DNA from: Eledone cirrhosa
Taxonomy: Eukaryota
Assembly (NCBI GenBank): GCA_964016885.1
Contig: OZ024749.1
Location: forward strand, 23,312,001 to 23,376,000
Length of the DNA stretch: 64,000 bases
Direction of reading: 5' to 3'
Shown here: in pieces, positions 11,768 to 25,231 of the stretch
How the letters are laid out: every line of letters begins with the position of its first letter
Numbering within the stretch: the stretch's first letter is position 1
The notes under the pieces: generated by a model
Seen by the model: only the letters and a program-made list of their open reading frames with translations
Databases searched by the model: none
Told to the model about the DNA's origin: nothing
Translations under genes and position numbers: made by a program

Positions 11768-11958
11768 TATATATATATATATATTTATGTATATATGTAT
11801 GAATATATATGTATGAATATATATATACATGTATGTACATATATATATACATGTATATGTATGTATATATATATATATATGTTTATGTATGAATATATAT
11901 ATATATGTATGTATATATAAATATACATGTATATATATGTATATATATATGTATATGA

Positions 11959-12000
<42 letters not shown>

Positions 12001-12013
12001 ATGTATATATGTA

Positions 12014-12068
<55 letters not shown>
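11768..12068. repeat. (TA)n/(TG)n compound microsatellite
   Basis: Direct reading. Confidence 0.95.
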
Positions 12069-12071
<3 letters not shown>

Positions 12072-12076
12072 TGAAG

Positions 12077-12195
12077 GCGCGTGGCTGAGTAGTTACAGAA
12101 TTGGATTCACAATATTGAGGCTGTTAGTTCGATTCCTGGACAGGGTGATGCCTTATGTCCTTGAGCAAGACACTTTATTTCAGGTTGCTCCTTCT
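12077..12195 (+). mobile_element. tRNA-derived SINE head
   Basis: GGCGCGTGGCTGAGTAGTTA (A box), GTTCGATTCC (B box), then TGTCCTTGAGCAAGACACTTT core. Confidence 0.75.
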
Positions 12196-12291
12196 ACTTG
12201 GAGTTACGACCGATAGATAGTACTAGCAACTGGAAAGACTAACGGAAACATTATTTTCCTCGGTCCGATTTGACGAAAGTCGATCGATCCT

Positions 12292-12335
<44 letters not shown>

Positions 12336-12564
12336 TAGATAGATATGTGTAAATATATATATATATATTATTATATATTATTTATATATATATATAGATA
12401 TAAATAGATATATATAAATAGATAAGAATATTCCAGGACTTACAGCATGTTTTTAAAATATATTTGAATACTGCTGTGCAAAGTTATATATGGTGGAGTT
12501 TATTTAGAGTATTTGCTCTAATGAGTTCAGATACGGTCAGATCAACATTATATTTTAACTTTGA

Positions 12565-13115
12565 CGCATAGAGTTACGGCCCTTGCCATTCTGAGTTCAA
12601 ATCCCGCTGAGGTTAAGAGGTTAAATTTGCCTTTCATCCTTACAGGGTCGATAAAATAAAGTACCAGTAATTTAGGGGTAATTGCTGTAGAAAAAATTAT
12701 AATTTAAAGTCGCGAGGTCGATGAAATAATTATTTCTATTATAGGCATAAGACCAGCAATTTTGAGGGAGGGGAAAGTCGATTAAATTGAGCCAAGTGCA
12801 TACTGGTGCTTTAAATTATCGACCCCTTATGGATGAAAGGCAAAGCTAACTACGGCGGGATTTCAACTCAGATCATAAAGGACCATAACTCTATGCTACA
12901 AAGCATAGTGTCGGAAGCTCTACCAATACGGCCAATCCACCGGCCTCAGGTGGTTGAAATGATGCTTTCTGATTCAGGTAAAAGTCTAATAATTTAATGG
13001 GAATGGAAAGTCAATTAAATCGATCCCAGTGCATTACTGGTACTTTATTTGATCCCCCCACCCCCACACACACATATAAGTATGAAAGCTAACTTCGCCA
13101 GGATTTGAACTCAAT
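12565..13115. mobile_element. Cluster of three copies of an abundant SINE (+ at ~12565-12670; - at ~12745-12945 and ~12975-13115)
   Basis: Recurrent GAGTTCAAATCCCGCCGAGGT..TTTGCCTTTCATCCTT..GGGGTCGATAAAATAAAGTACCAGT motif, also found elsewhere in the window. Confidence 0.8.
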
Positions 13116-14050
13116 CCAAAGGAACAGCTGATTCATTTGTATATTTTTTACTTCATCTCTTCTTCTCTCTATCACTCTTTCTCATTCTTTCTTTCTTTCT
13201 TTCGTTCTTTCTTTCTCTCTCTCTCTCTCTCTTTCTCTTATTCTCTCTCTCTCTTTCTCTCGCTCTATCTATCGATCTCTCTCATTATCTGTCTGTCTGT
13301 CAGTCTGTCTGTCAGTCTGTCTCGCTGTCTCTCACTCTGTTTCTGTCTCTCTCACTGTCTCTCCCCCTCACACACATCACACTCTATCTCTCTCTCCCTC
13401 TTTCTAACTTTTACACTCTGACTGTTTCCATCTGAGAAATCAGCGGTGTCCAAACCTGCCGATGGCTTGAGATCTATCAGGTTTAAGTTCTCTAGAACAT
13501 AATGCGTACACCACAGGGACTTCCCTTACAACTCCAACAGGACATAATACTTTCATGAAATGACATGTACATATTTGTAATTCCTGTCGTTTCGGCTGTG
13601 TTATATATACACACAGACACACATGCCACGCATGCGCACAATTATAGCTTTTCATACAAACGTTTTTTTGTTCATTTCATGTAGGCGTGCCCATCAAATA
13701 AATCATACACAAAACGCCAGCATCAACAGTTTTCCAAGAGATGTCATCATGAATGGACCTGTTATTTTTATCTAAAGATATTTTTTCCAATTCCACCAGG
13801 CCCATCCTTTCAATCTATCTTATTTCTCATTCTTTCTTCTGATAAATGATTAGTGTCCAAAACGATAAGACACTCTTCCTGCTATTTCAAGCGTTAACCT
13901 AATATATTTCTTCCATATACTATACCGATTGTGTTGTTATTTCTGTTTACCTTTTACATCCATCCATATATATATATATATTGAAAAACACGTGGTGATA
14001 TTATTTCTGGAAGGTGGTAGAGGGCGGCGAGATGAGAATCAGAATAGACC

Positions 14051-14373
14051 TACGAAGGTCAGTTGACAAGTTCATAGGCTGACCACGTTACTCGCATGAA
14101 ATGCCCAAATAAGGTTTAATGTTGAACACAGTCCTTTGAAAGAAACATTGCAATTATTAATAAGAAGAGATGAAATTAATGCATTCAAGATTTCACAGCT
14201 CTAATACCACTCCTTCATAGGCTGACCAACATACTCACATGTAATGCTTAAATGGGGTTTAATTCTCAACACTATTGGAAAGAAACAACGCTATTATTTA
14301 TAAGAAGAGTTGAAATTAATGCATTCAAGATTTCACAACGCTAATATCATTATTTCCTAGTCAGCCTATGAAC
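14051..14373. mobile_element. Mariner-like MITE remnant with internal ~142-bp tandem duplication
   Basis: Starts TACGAAGGTCAGTTGACAAGTTC; GTTCATAGGCTGAC (14070-14083) is inverted as GTCAGCCTATGAAC (14360-14373); unit repeats at ~14071 and ~14213. Confidence 0.6.
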
Positions 14374-14962
14374 ATATCAGCACACGATCCTACATTTACT
14401 AATCTTTACTATGTGTGAGGGATGAGACAGAGTGAAGGCACATTCCGGGAAGTGTCCTAAAACGCAGCCCACGTCTTTAAGGGAACTGTTTCTTGATGTC
14501 GTTGGATTCTGTTTTGTAATATATTTGCTATTTATTACCAATAGTGTTAATGTTACTTCAGAAAAACCACCCTCCGAGTGGTTTTCTGCTAGCATATGTA
14601 GTGTGCATATTGATATTATACGCAAATATATATGCATGGAGATATGATACATCAAATAAAATCGTAATTGACAATATGCACAGAAATTGAACGAAGTCTG
14701 CATTACACTCTCTTATTTAATCAGTAACGTAATCCATGATACATTAAATATATATATATATATTATATATAAACTGCATTAAGAGAAAAATTAGTGACGG
14801 CAACATATGAATGTTTATATAAGCTATCGCTAACCGGAAGTGTTGACATTTGACAATTTTAAAGAAGTTAATCTTTAAATAAGCAATAAAATATATTTAA
14901 TCAAGGGTTACGAAATTTAGTAGATGAATTATGTTATATTCATTCATTATTTATTCAAAGAA

Positions 14963-15131
14963 AGGGCGGTGGAGGGTCGGTCGCCATGCTTTCCAGCATA
15001 GTTACGTCCCTTTACGATCTGAGTTCAAATCCCGCCGAGGTTGACTTTGCTTTTCATCCTTACGGGGTCGATAAAATAAAGTACCAGTAATGCACTGGGT
15101 AATTGCTGGCCTTGTGCCTAAAGTAGAAACA
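14963..15131 (+). mobile_element. SINE copy
   Basis: Same GAGTTCAAATCCCGCCGAGG...GTACCAGT...GGCCTTGTGCCTAAAGTAGAAAC body. Confidence 0.8.
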
Positions 15132-15360
15132 ATTATTTATTCAAAGTAATCCAACTTATTTTACAAACGCGATAAAAAAATATATTCTGAACGCTGTCCC
15201 GCACTCCTTTCTTTAGTATAGTTAAGATATCTACGTGGCTCGGCTCAAAGGCAGACTGATATGTTTTTGTAAGTCTTACGGTTTTGGTTATATATCTGTC
15301 TGTGTGTTTTTTATCATTCCCAGAGCACCTATTATTATAGGTATTGATTTTTGTCTTCAG

Positions 15361-15604
15361 GATTGAGGAAGAAAGGGGTGATGACATCACATACTAGAGA
15401 TGGGTGAGGAAGAAAAGGGCGATGACGTCATACGCTAGATATGAGTGAGGAAAGAAAGGGTGGTGAAGTCACGCATTAGAAATGATTGTGGATAGCACGG
15501 GTAATGACGTCACGCATCAGAGATGATTGATGAATGAAAGGCTGATGACGTCATGCACTAGAGACGAGTGAGGATGGAAGGGGTAATAACAAACTACAGA
15601 AAAC
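15361..15604 (+). repeat. 41-bp-unit minisatellite (~6 units) with TGACGTCA-like core
   Basis: GATTGAGGAAGAAAGGGGTGATGACGTCACGCACTAGAGAT-like units; inverted homolog at 20522-20803. Confidence 0.85.
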
Positions 15605-15754
15605 ATTCTGGTTATTTATATCTCTAGATCTTTATATTTGGATAGATTCTCCATTTCTTTGGTGGATATATTGTCGTTGTGGGGATTGATATATCAATTA
15701 GTAGACGTTTGTTGCATTGTAGTCTTTCACTATATATTATTATTATTATGCCAA

Positions 15755-15925
15755 TATCGGTAGAGGGTTGGACGCCATGCTTCGTAACATAGAGTTAGAG
15801 CCCTTTATGATCTGAGTTCAAATCCCGCCATGGTTAACTTTGCCTTTCCACCATACGAGGTCGATAAAATGAAGCACCAGTAATGCACTAGGATAATTGC
15901 AGGCCTCGTGCCAAAGGTAGAAACA
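15755..15925 (+). mobile_element. SINE copy
   Basis: Same body as 14963-15131. Confidence 0.8.
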
Positions 15926-16096
15926 ATTATTATTGTTGTTGTCGTTGTTGTTGCTGTTGTTGTTGTTATTGTCGTCAGTACTGATGCTGTTGCTGATAAT
16001 TTTGTTATTGCATCCATTATGCTTTACAATCGAACCAAATTCAAACTAAATGAACTGAAATTGATTCATAACACAATGCCAAAAGGTATGTTTACA

Positions 16097-16099
<3 letters not shown>

Positions 16100-16185
<86 letters not shown>

Positions 16186-16238
16186 TACACATATATATAA
16201 TATATGTAAATGTAAATTTGTGTGTGTTTACGTATATG

Positions 16239-16306
<68 letters not shown>

Positions 16307-16327
16307 CATATATATACATATATATAT

Positions 16328-16401
<74 letters not shown>

Positions 16402-16514
16402 ATGTAAACGGTAAACAGAAATAACAACACAATCGGTACAGTATATGGAAGGGATAAACATATATATATACATATGGATGTGTGAATACATAAATACACA
16501 CATATAAGTATTAT

Positions 16515-16548
<34 letters not shown>

Positions 16549-16550
16549 GA
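16100..16550. repeat. (TC)n followed by (TA)n compound microsatellite
   Basis: Direct reading. Confidence 0.95.
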
Positions 16551-17189
16551 CGCTAAATATATATAGAGAGATAGAGTGAGATAGATAGATAGTGAGTTAG
16601 ATTACCACCACACATTTATTACATTTATATAACGTTCTTATAAATGCTACTCTACGAAAGAGTCACGTATGCTATTCTAATGTCAATAATTATTAGAAGA
16701 TACAAAAGCCTGTTTCGTTTCATATCATTTGAAATATCATGTACCGAGAATAATGCGACAATTCTCCAGGTATTCTTTGAATCGCAGAGAAGATCTATTC
16801 CAGAACAGAAAAGATATTACCGTGTCATTCCTTAAAAATGGTGAACATATTTTCAATGGCGTCTTTTTCAAAGATGTCAACGTGTTTTTGTTTTCTTCTG
16901 CTGTAAGAGGTTTATGAGAAAAAAAAATGTCGTCGTCATCGTCTTCTTCTTCTTCTTCTTCTTCTTCTTCTTCTTCTTCTTCTTCTTCTTCTTCTTCTTC
17001 TTCTTCTTCTCCTCCTCCCCTTCACATTTCCTCCTTATTCATCATAAGTATACTATTGTTTTTTGTTTTTTTTAAATAAAATTATCTTTTACTACGCTTT
17101 GTATATTATACTCTTTCTAACCAGTGTGTATGTCTGTCTGTGTGTGCTTCTAACAGAAACACACATACATACACACAATCACACGCATA

Positions 17190-19165
<1,976 letters not shown>

Positions 19166-19804
19166 GACTCCTCCATTTCCACATCTTACATAAACTTCTA
19201 TTTACCGATTTCAGCCTTTATATACTCCACTGAATACTAAAACGCATTTTGATGAATTTTAATTTATGAAAATATGTAAATTATATTTTCGAATAATATT
19301 TTGAATACTAATGATTGTCTGAATACTAATGAGGTTATCTAGTTCCGGTAGTGATTACAACAGAGACATTACAAGAAGGATACGTGATTGGTATTCGATA
19401 TCTGCTTGGAAACAATTTCTTTTAGTGTAAGCCATCATCATTCATAAAGCCATGTCTATTTTATGTCTTAGTAAAACATTCATTTCTTTGTATCTTGACA
19501 TTAGTTACGTACGTACTAAAAAATTGCTTTGTTCACACTTAGAAAGAAAAACATTGAATCATACCTGAATATTTGGCTCGTACCTCGGTTTCAAAGATAA
19601 GCATGCATTCGACCAATCATTACGTAACCGTTTTACCATTCCACAATCCCATGAACCGTCACGTAATACTCAAGACCAATTAGTGCGATATAAACTGTGA
19701 AGAGGCTGGACCATCGATTTACTGGTAAAATCTACATTGTATTGTAGTTATAGAAGATTTGAATATCCCACAGGAATGTGGAGGAATATCTCAGAGGCTC
19801 ATAT

Positions 19805-20000
19805 GGCAAGAGATTATCCCGGTTTCCTGGCATTAAGTGACTGAGAGCACAAAATACTAGTCCACCACAGAGTTAAATCACCATCAACTACTGGCACTCA
19901 TTTTCAGTTGAGTATAGTTGAGCAACATGAAATGAAGTGTTTTGGTCAAGAAGACTAAACAAAACCCACGATATTAAAAACAGAAGTTCAGCAGCCTTAC
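19805..20000 (-). mobile_element. Degenerate tRNA-SINE body
   Basis: Minus strand TCTTGACCAAAACACTTCATTTCATGTTGCTC resembles CCTTGAGCAAGACACTTTATTTCAGGTTGCTC at ~12160. Confidence 0.55.
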
Positions 20001-20521
20001 CACCACTAATCTAAGGATTTGTCTGTTCCACAGGAATGTGTACCCTTAATGTAATTCTCAAGACGAACCTGTGTTACATGAATTATAATGAGGATGGACC
20101 ACTGAACTACAGAAGGTTTGAGCGGTGGATTGATAATATCAGGAGAGCATCGGACAATATGTTTTGTGATTTATTGTTACGTTCTGAGTTCAAATAACGC
20201 TGAGGTTAGCTTTAAATTCCCGACAAAATAAAGCACCACCAACGCACTGCGGTCGATTCAATCGACTCACCACATCTCTTGTTCCTACACCAGAAAGCTT
20301 TATAGTGTAATTGGTTGAATATCCCACAGACACGAGTACCTTTAACGTAATTCTTAATCTCAATATTTGTAATATAATTGTTTCTACTTTTGGCACAAGG
20401 CCAGCAATATTTGTAATATAATATACTCGTATTGTTTATCAACACGCTCACGTGTATCTGTATATGTTTGTGCGTATACGTATGTAGATTGTATAAAAAA
20501 GTGTAGTAAATGTTAGATGTG

Positions 20522-20803
20522 GTTTTCTGTAGTTTGTCATCACCACTCTATCGTCACTCATCTCTAGTACATGACGTCATCACCCCTTCCTGCCTCAATC
20601 ATCTCTCGTGTGTGACATCATCACCCCGTCCCTTCTCAATCATCTCTGATGCGTGACTTCATTACCCCTTCTACCTTCAGTAATTTCTAATGCGTGACAT
20701 CATCACCCGTCCTTCCTCAATCATCTCTAGGGCGTGACGTTATCACCCCTTCCTTCATCAATCATCTCGAGTGTGTGACAACAACACCCATTCCTTCTTC
20801 AGT
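20522..20803 (-). repeat. Inverted homolog of the 41-bp minisatellite element (~7 units)
   Basis: Begins GTTTTCTGTAGTTTG, the reverse complement of CAAACTACAGAAAAC at 15590-15604. Confidence 0.85.
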
Positions 20804-21098
20804 CTACTCCCATATGTGTCGGAAGAACAAACGGAAATCGCGCAAATTTATATATAGCTGACAAATATGGATATGGATGGTTGAGTTAAGTGTTCAATTT
20901 ATGGGACGGGTTTCAACACTGTTTCTCTCTACACATTTTCAGTCTGAAGAAACCTGAGGCTGTTGATAATCAAAGAAGTGTATTTGGTAAGGTCTGTATA
21001 CTGATAAAAGTAGAGTAGCGGAGTTACTAAGTGCAACGGACCAGACTGTTCGATACTGCTAGTGAATCTCGATGGAAAGTAAGAAAAAAAATAACATA

Positions 21099-21605
<507 letters not shown>

Positions 21606-21750
21606 AATTGAATCATGCAGTCGACAAAGTCTTTTATGGGAGATATTTGTTATGATAAAGCCATTATAACGTTGTCACGTTTAATCACAAAGGATTCATA
21701 TTTTAATATGGCGTACTTTTTGATTTTTAATTCATTCAATACAACTATAC

Positions 21751-21828
<78 letters not shown>

Positions 21829-22318
21829 TGTGGTCGGAGATGGCAGTAGTAGTATCGGTAGTAGTAGTACTAGTAATTGTAACAGTTGTAGTAGAAGTTG
21901 TAGTGGTGGTTGGAGATGGCATTAGTAGTAGTAGTAGTAGCAGCAGAGGTTGTAGTAGTGGTGGTGTTGGTTATAGTAGTATTTAATTCAACTCAAAGTC
22001 GAAGTAGCACCATCACAACCACCACCACCAATAACAGCACCACCTTCACCATTACCACCACCACCACCACCACTGCCACCACCACCACAACCACCACCAC
22101 CAATAACAACACCACCTCCATCATTACCACCACCGCCATCACCATAAACACCACCACCACCAATAACAGCACCGCCTCCACCATTAACACCACCACCACC
22201 ACCAATAACAGCACCACCTCCATCGTTACCACCACCACCATAACCACCACCACCACCAATAACAGCTGCACCTCCACCATTACCACCACCATCGCCACCA
22301 CCGCCACTACCATCATCA
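21751..22318. repeat. (TAG)n then (CAC)n trinucleotide tracts
   Basis: Direct reading. Confidence 0.93.
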
Positions 22319-22510
22319 TAAATGAATTGAAAGAAAAAAAGAGAAAAGAAAAAAATGGGAAAAAAAAATAGAAAATAAAATTCTTCTACCAACAACATTT
22401 TTACAACATTACATAAAGTAGAGAGAATTAAACATTTGTCATCAACATCATACATAGTGGAAACGGAACAATAGTCGATAATAGAATATTTAGCATACTA
22501 AGTCACGGTT

Positions 22511-22949
22511 AACGTGTTTAGCGTTAGAATTGTGCAAAGAACAAAAATACCTCTTTTTCCCCAAGTCACGAAATTCTAGTGTGGATATCAGAATTTGAAA
22601 TTGTGTTGTGATATATTTAGCTGATGACCAAGTATATGTTTTGTTATATTTATATTATTGCCACACATCTGATTTTTTATCAGCCGAGCTCCATATAACT
22701 ATGATATGCACCATTCCCTAAATATGTTTCAACGTGTTTAGCGTTAGAATTGTGCAAAGAACAAAAATACCTCTTTTTCCCAAGTCACGAAATTCGAGTG
22801 TGGATATCAGAATTTGAAATTTTGTTGTGATATATTTACCTGACGACCAAGTATATGTTTTGTTTTATTTATATTATTGCCACACATCTGATTTTTTATC
22901 AGCCGAGCTCCATATAACTATGATATGCACCATTCCCTAAATATGTTTC
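22511..22949. repeat. ~220-bp head-to-tail tandem duplication
   Basis: AACGTGTTTAGCGTTAGAATTG..CCCTAAATATGTTTC at 22511-22730 and 22731-22949, few substitutions. Confidence 0.92.
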
Positions 22950-23086
22950 AGTCAGTTTTCATCTTACCATTCATATATCCTCGTCCCAGTCTGATAGAAA
23001 GTTCGAGGCATTCATATATTTTTTTCTTTTTCTCTTCATACCCTATTTCAATGAAGAGGTTAATACATTTATTAACCTCTTCATCG

Positions 23087-23119
<33 letters not shown>

Positions 23120-23120
23120 G

Positions 23121-23189
<69 letters not shown>

Positions 23190-23465
23190 GTAGAAGTTCT
23201 ATTTAAATTGTTGGGATACAATAAGCAAATATTTTTATAACTGATATAAAGCACTCAACAAATTATTGGAGTAAAAATACGATATATTAACAAATGGAAA
23301 CTATATTTATAAAACCATATTTATTTCATTATACATATTTCAAGGACACCAAGTTAAATGATGGTGTACTTTCATCAGATAACATATAATATAGATCAGT
23401 TTTATAAATAAATATTGACATACCCTTAAAAAATGCGACCATTTCTGTTGGAAGCTCCCGGATAG

Positions 23466-23468
<3 letters not shown>
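23190..23468 (-). mobile_element. Penelope-like pLTR fragment (homologous to 62121-62394)
   Basis: Shared ATTTAAATTGTTGGG..CTATATTTATAAAACCATATTTATTTCATTATA..TTCATCAGA; flanked by (TG)n/(TA)n; contains a hammerhead. Confidence 0.7.
23322..23386 (-). ncRNA. Type-I hammerhead ribozyme motif
   Basis: Minus: UAUGUUAU CUGAUGA AAGUACACCA-loop-UGGUGUCCUU GAAA UAUGUA UA AUGAAAUA. Confidence 0.75.
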
Positions 23469-23512
<44 letters not shown>

Positions 23513-23622
23513 GCAGCGTGTGATTTAAACATAAATATAATTATAACATTATCTAAATGACCAGCTGAGTGCGACGAGACTGCGGCATACATATATATAT
23601 TTAAACACAGACACAATCAACC

Positions 23623-23676
<54 letters not shown>

Positions 23677-24300
23677 GGTTGATTGTCTGTACGTATTTGT
23701 GTGTATAAATATTTTTATAGATATATGTTATTTATAGATATATGTGTATGTACGTGCGTCCCTATGTTTGTTTTCTTTTCTCTAGTGTTAATTGATTACT
23801 TTCTCTTTCATTTCAAAATTGTTTTCATTATCATATACTGTTTCATTTTTATACATTTATTGAGAATGCCACTTCTTTTCACTATTTCACTCCCTTCCCT
23901 CTTTATCTTCCGCATATAAGTGACCACCGTGTGTGTGTGTTTATACGCGTGCTTTCATACTCGTATGTATATTTAATACCTGTATCTCGATGCGTGTCAA
24001 CTATATCATCATCTTCTCTTTCAACTCATATTATATCCGTATGTGTGGTAACATATACACAAATATACTTGCCCTCATATATGTACTTACGCACACATTT
24101 TCACCATACACATGCATATGTACATACACACATATGTACATTTGTGAGTGTATATACATACATATACACATACCTAACTATATTTCCTTATATTTTTTGT
24201 ATATTTTTCTATATGTTTTTATATATCTCTTGCATTACCTTTGTTTATGTATTTTTTGCATTTCTTGAGGAGACTTTCCAAATATTTGACTATGTTTTAT

Positions 24301-24378
24301 ATTACCTTGTCCGACGAACGAATGAGGACATTTTTTTCGTATTCGTCTTATTCGGGAAACCTCTGGTAATGAGGTAAT
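24301..24378 (+). ncRNA. Degenerate type-I hammerhead (core U4 changed to C)
   Basis: AUUACCUUGU CCGACGA ACGAAUGAGGAC..GUCUUAUUCGG GAAA CCUCUGG UA AUGAGGUAAU; 10-bp stem I. Confidence 0.7.
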
Positions 24379-24392
24379 TATATTGTATTGTT

Positions 24393-24483
<91 letters not shown>

Positions 24484-24647
24484 AAGAGAGGGAGAGAAAG
24501 AGAGATAGCTTTCCTTTTTATTTATTTATTTTTTTTTTAGATAGATAGATAGATATATATAGATGTCATAACAGTAGCGGCTAAACTTCTATATCAGTAC
24601 CAGTGATTCTCGTAGGCTCTGTAAGACAATATAACTATAAATGTATT

Positions 24648-24693
24648 TTATCTGCTGATGAAGTCCATCCGACCCAAATACGTATACAATTGG
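24648..24693 (+). ncRNA. Decayed hammerhead motif
   Basis: CUGAUGA AGUC-CAUCC-GACC CAAA (GAAA mutated) UACGUA (palindrome) UA; stem I poor. Confidence 0.45.
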
Positions 24694-24771
24694 TGTAAAG
24701 GTGCCACTAGTATTTATTTATATATAAAGTCAGTTGAAGCAGAAACCTGCGAGGGTTACATTTTTTTTCCT

Positions 24772-24960
24772 GGGTCGAGCACCATGCTTTGCAGCATAGA
24801 GTTACGGTCCTTTACGGTTTGAGTTCAAATCCCGCCGAGGTCAACTTTGCCTCATCCTTATGGGTCGATAAAATAAAGTACCAGTCACGCACTGGGGTCG
24901 ATTTAATCGACTTTCCCCTCCCCCAAAATTACTGGCCTTGTGCCTATATAAGAAACCATT
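24772..24960 (+). mobile_element. SINE copy
   Basis: GAGTTCAAATCCCGCCGAGGTCAACTTTGCC..GGTCGATAAAATAAAGTACCAGT..GGCCTTGTGCC. Confidence 0.82.
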
Positions 24961-25163
24961 ATTTTTTTCATGGGTATTTATTGTTATTCTGCGTTTGATA
25001 TCTATACCTTATCTATGCTTTTTGTATAGACATTTCAGAAGCTTATTAATTGGTGCCACTCTGAGAAAATGGATTTATGATACATTTGGGCCGTGTTGAT
25101 GACGATGAGTCCCTACTCACTCTGTGTCTATCTACTTATCTCTCTCTCCCCCTCTTTCTTTGC

Positions 25164-25231
<68 letters not shown>

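Noticed and set aside
12077-12145. tRNA gene
   Set aside because: A and B boxes are present but there is no cloverleaf, and it continues into a SINE core
14377-14703. 108-aa minus-strand ORF as a host exon
   Set aside because: No recognisable domain and weak splice signals
21910-22455. Gly-rich and Thr-rich ORFs resembling structural or mucin proteins
   Set aside because: Coincide exactly with a (CAC)n tract; no splice or domain support
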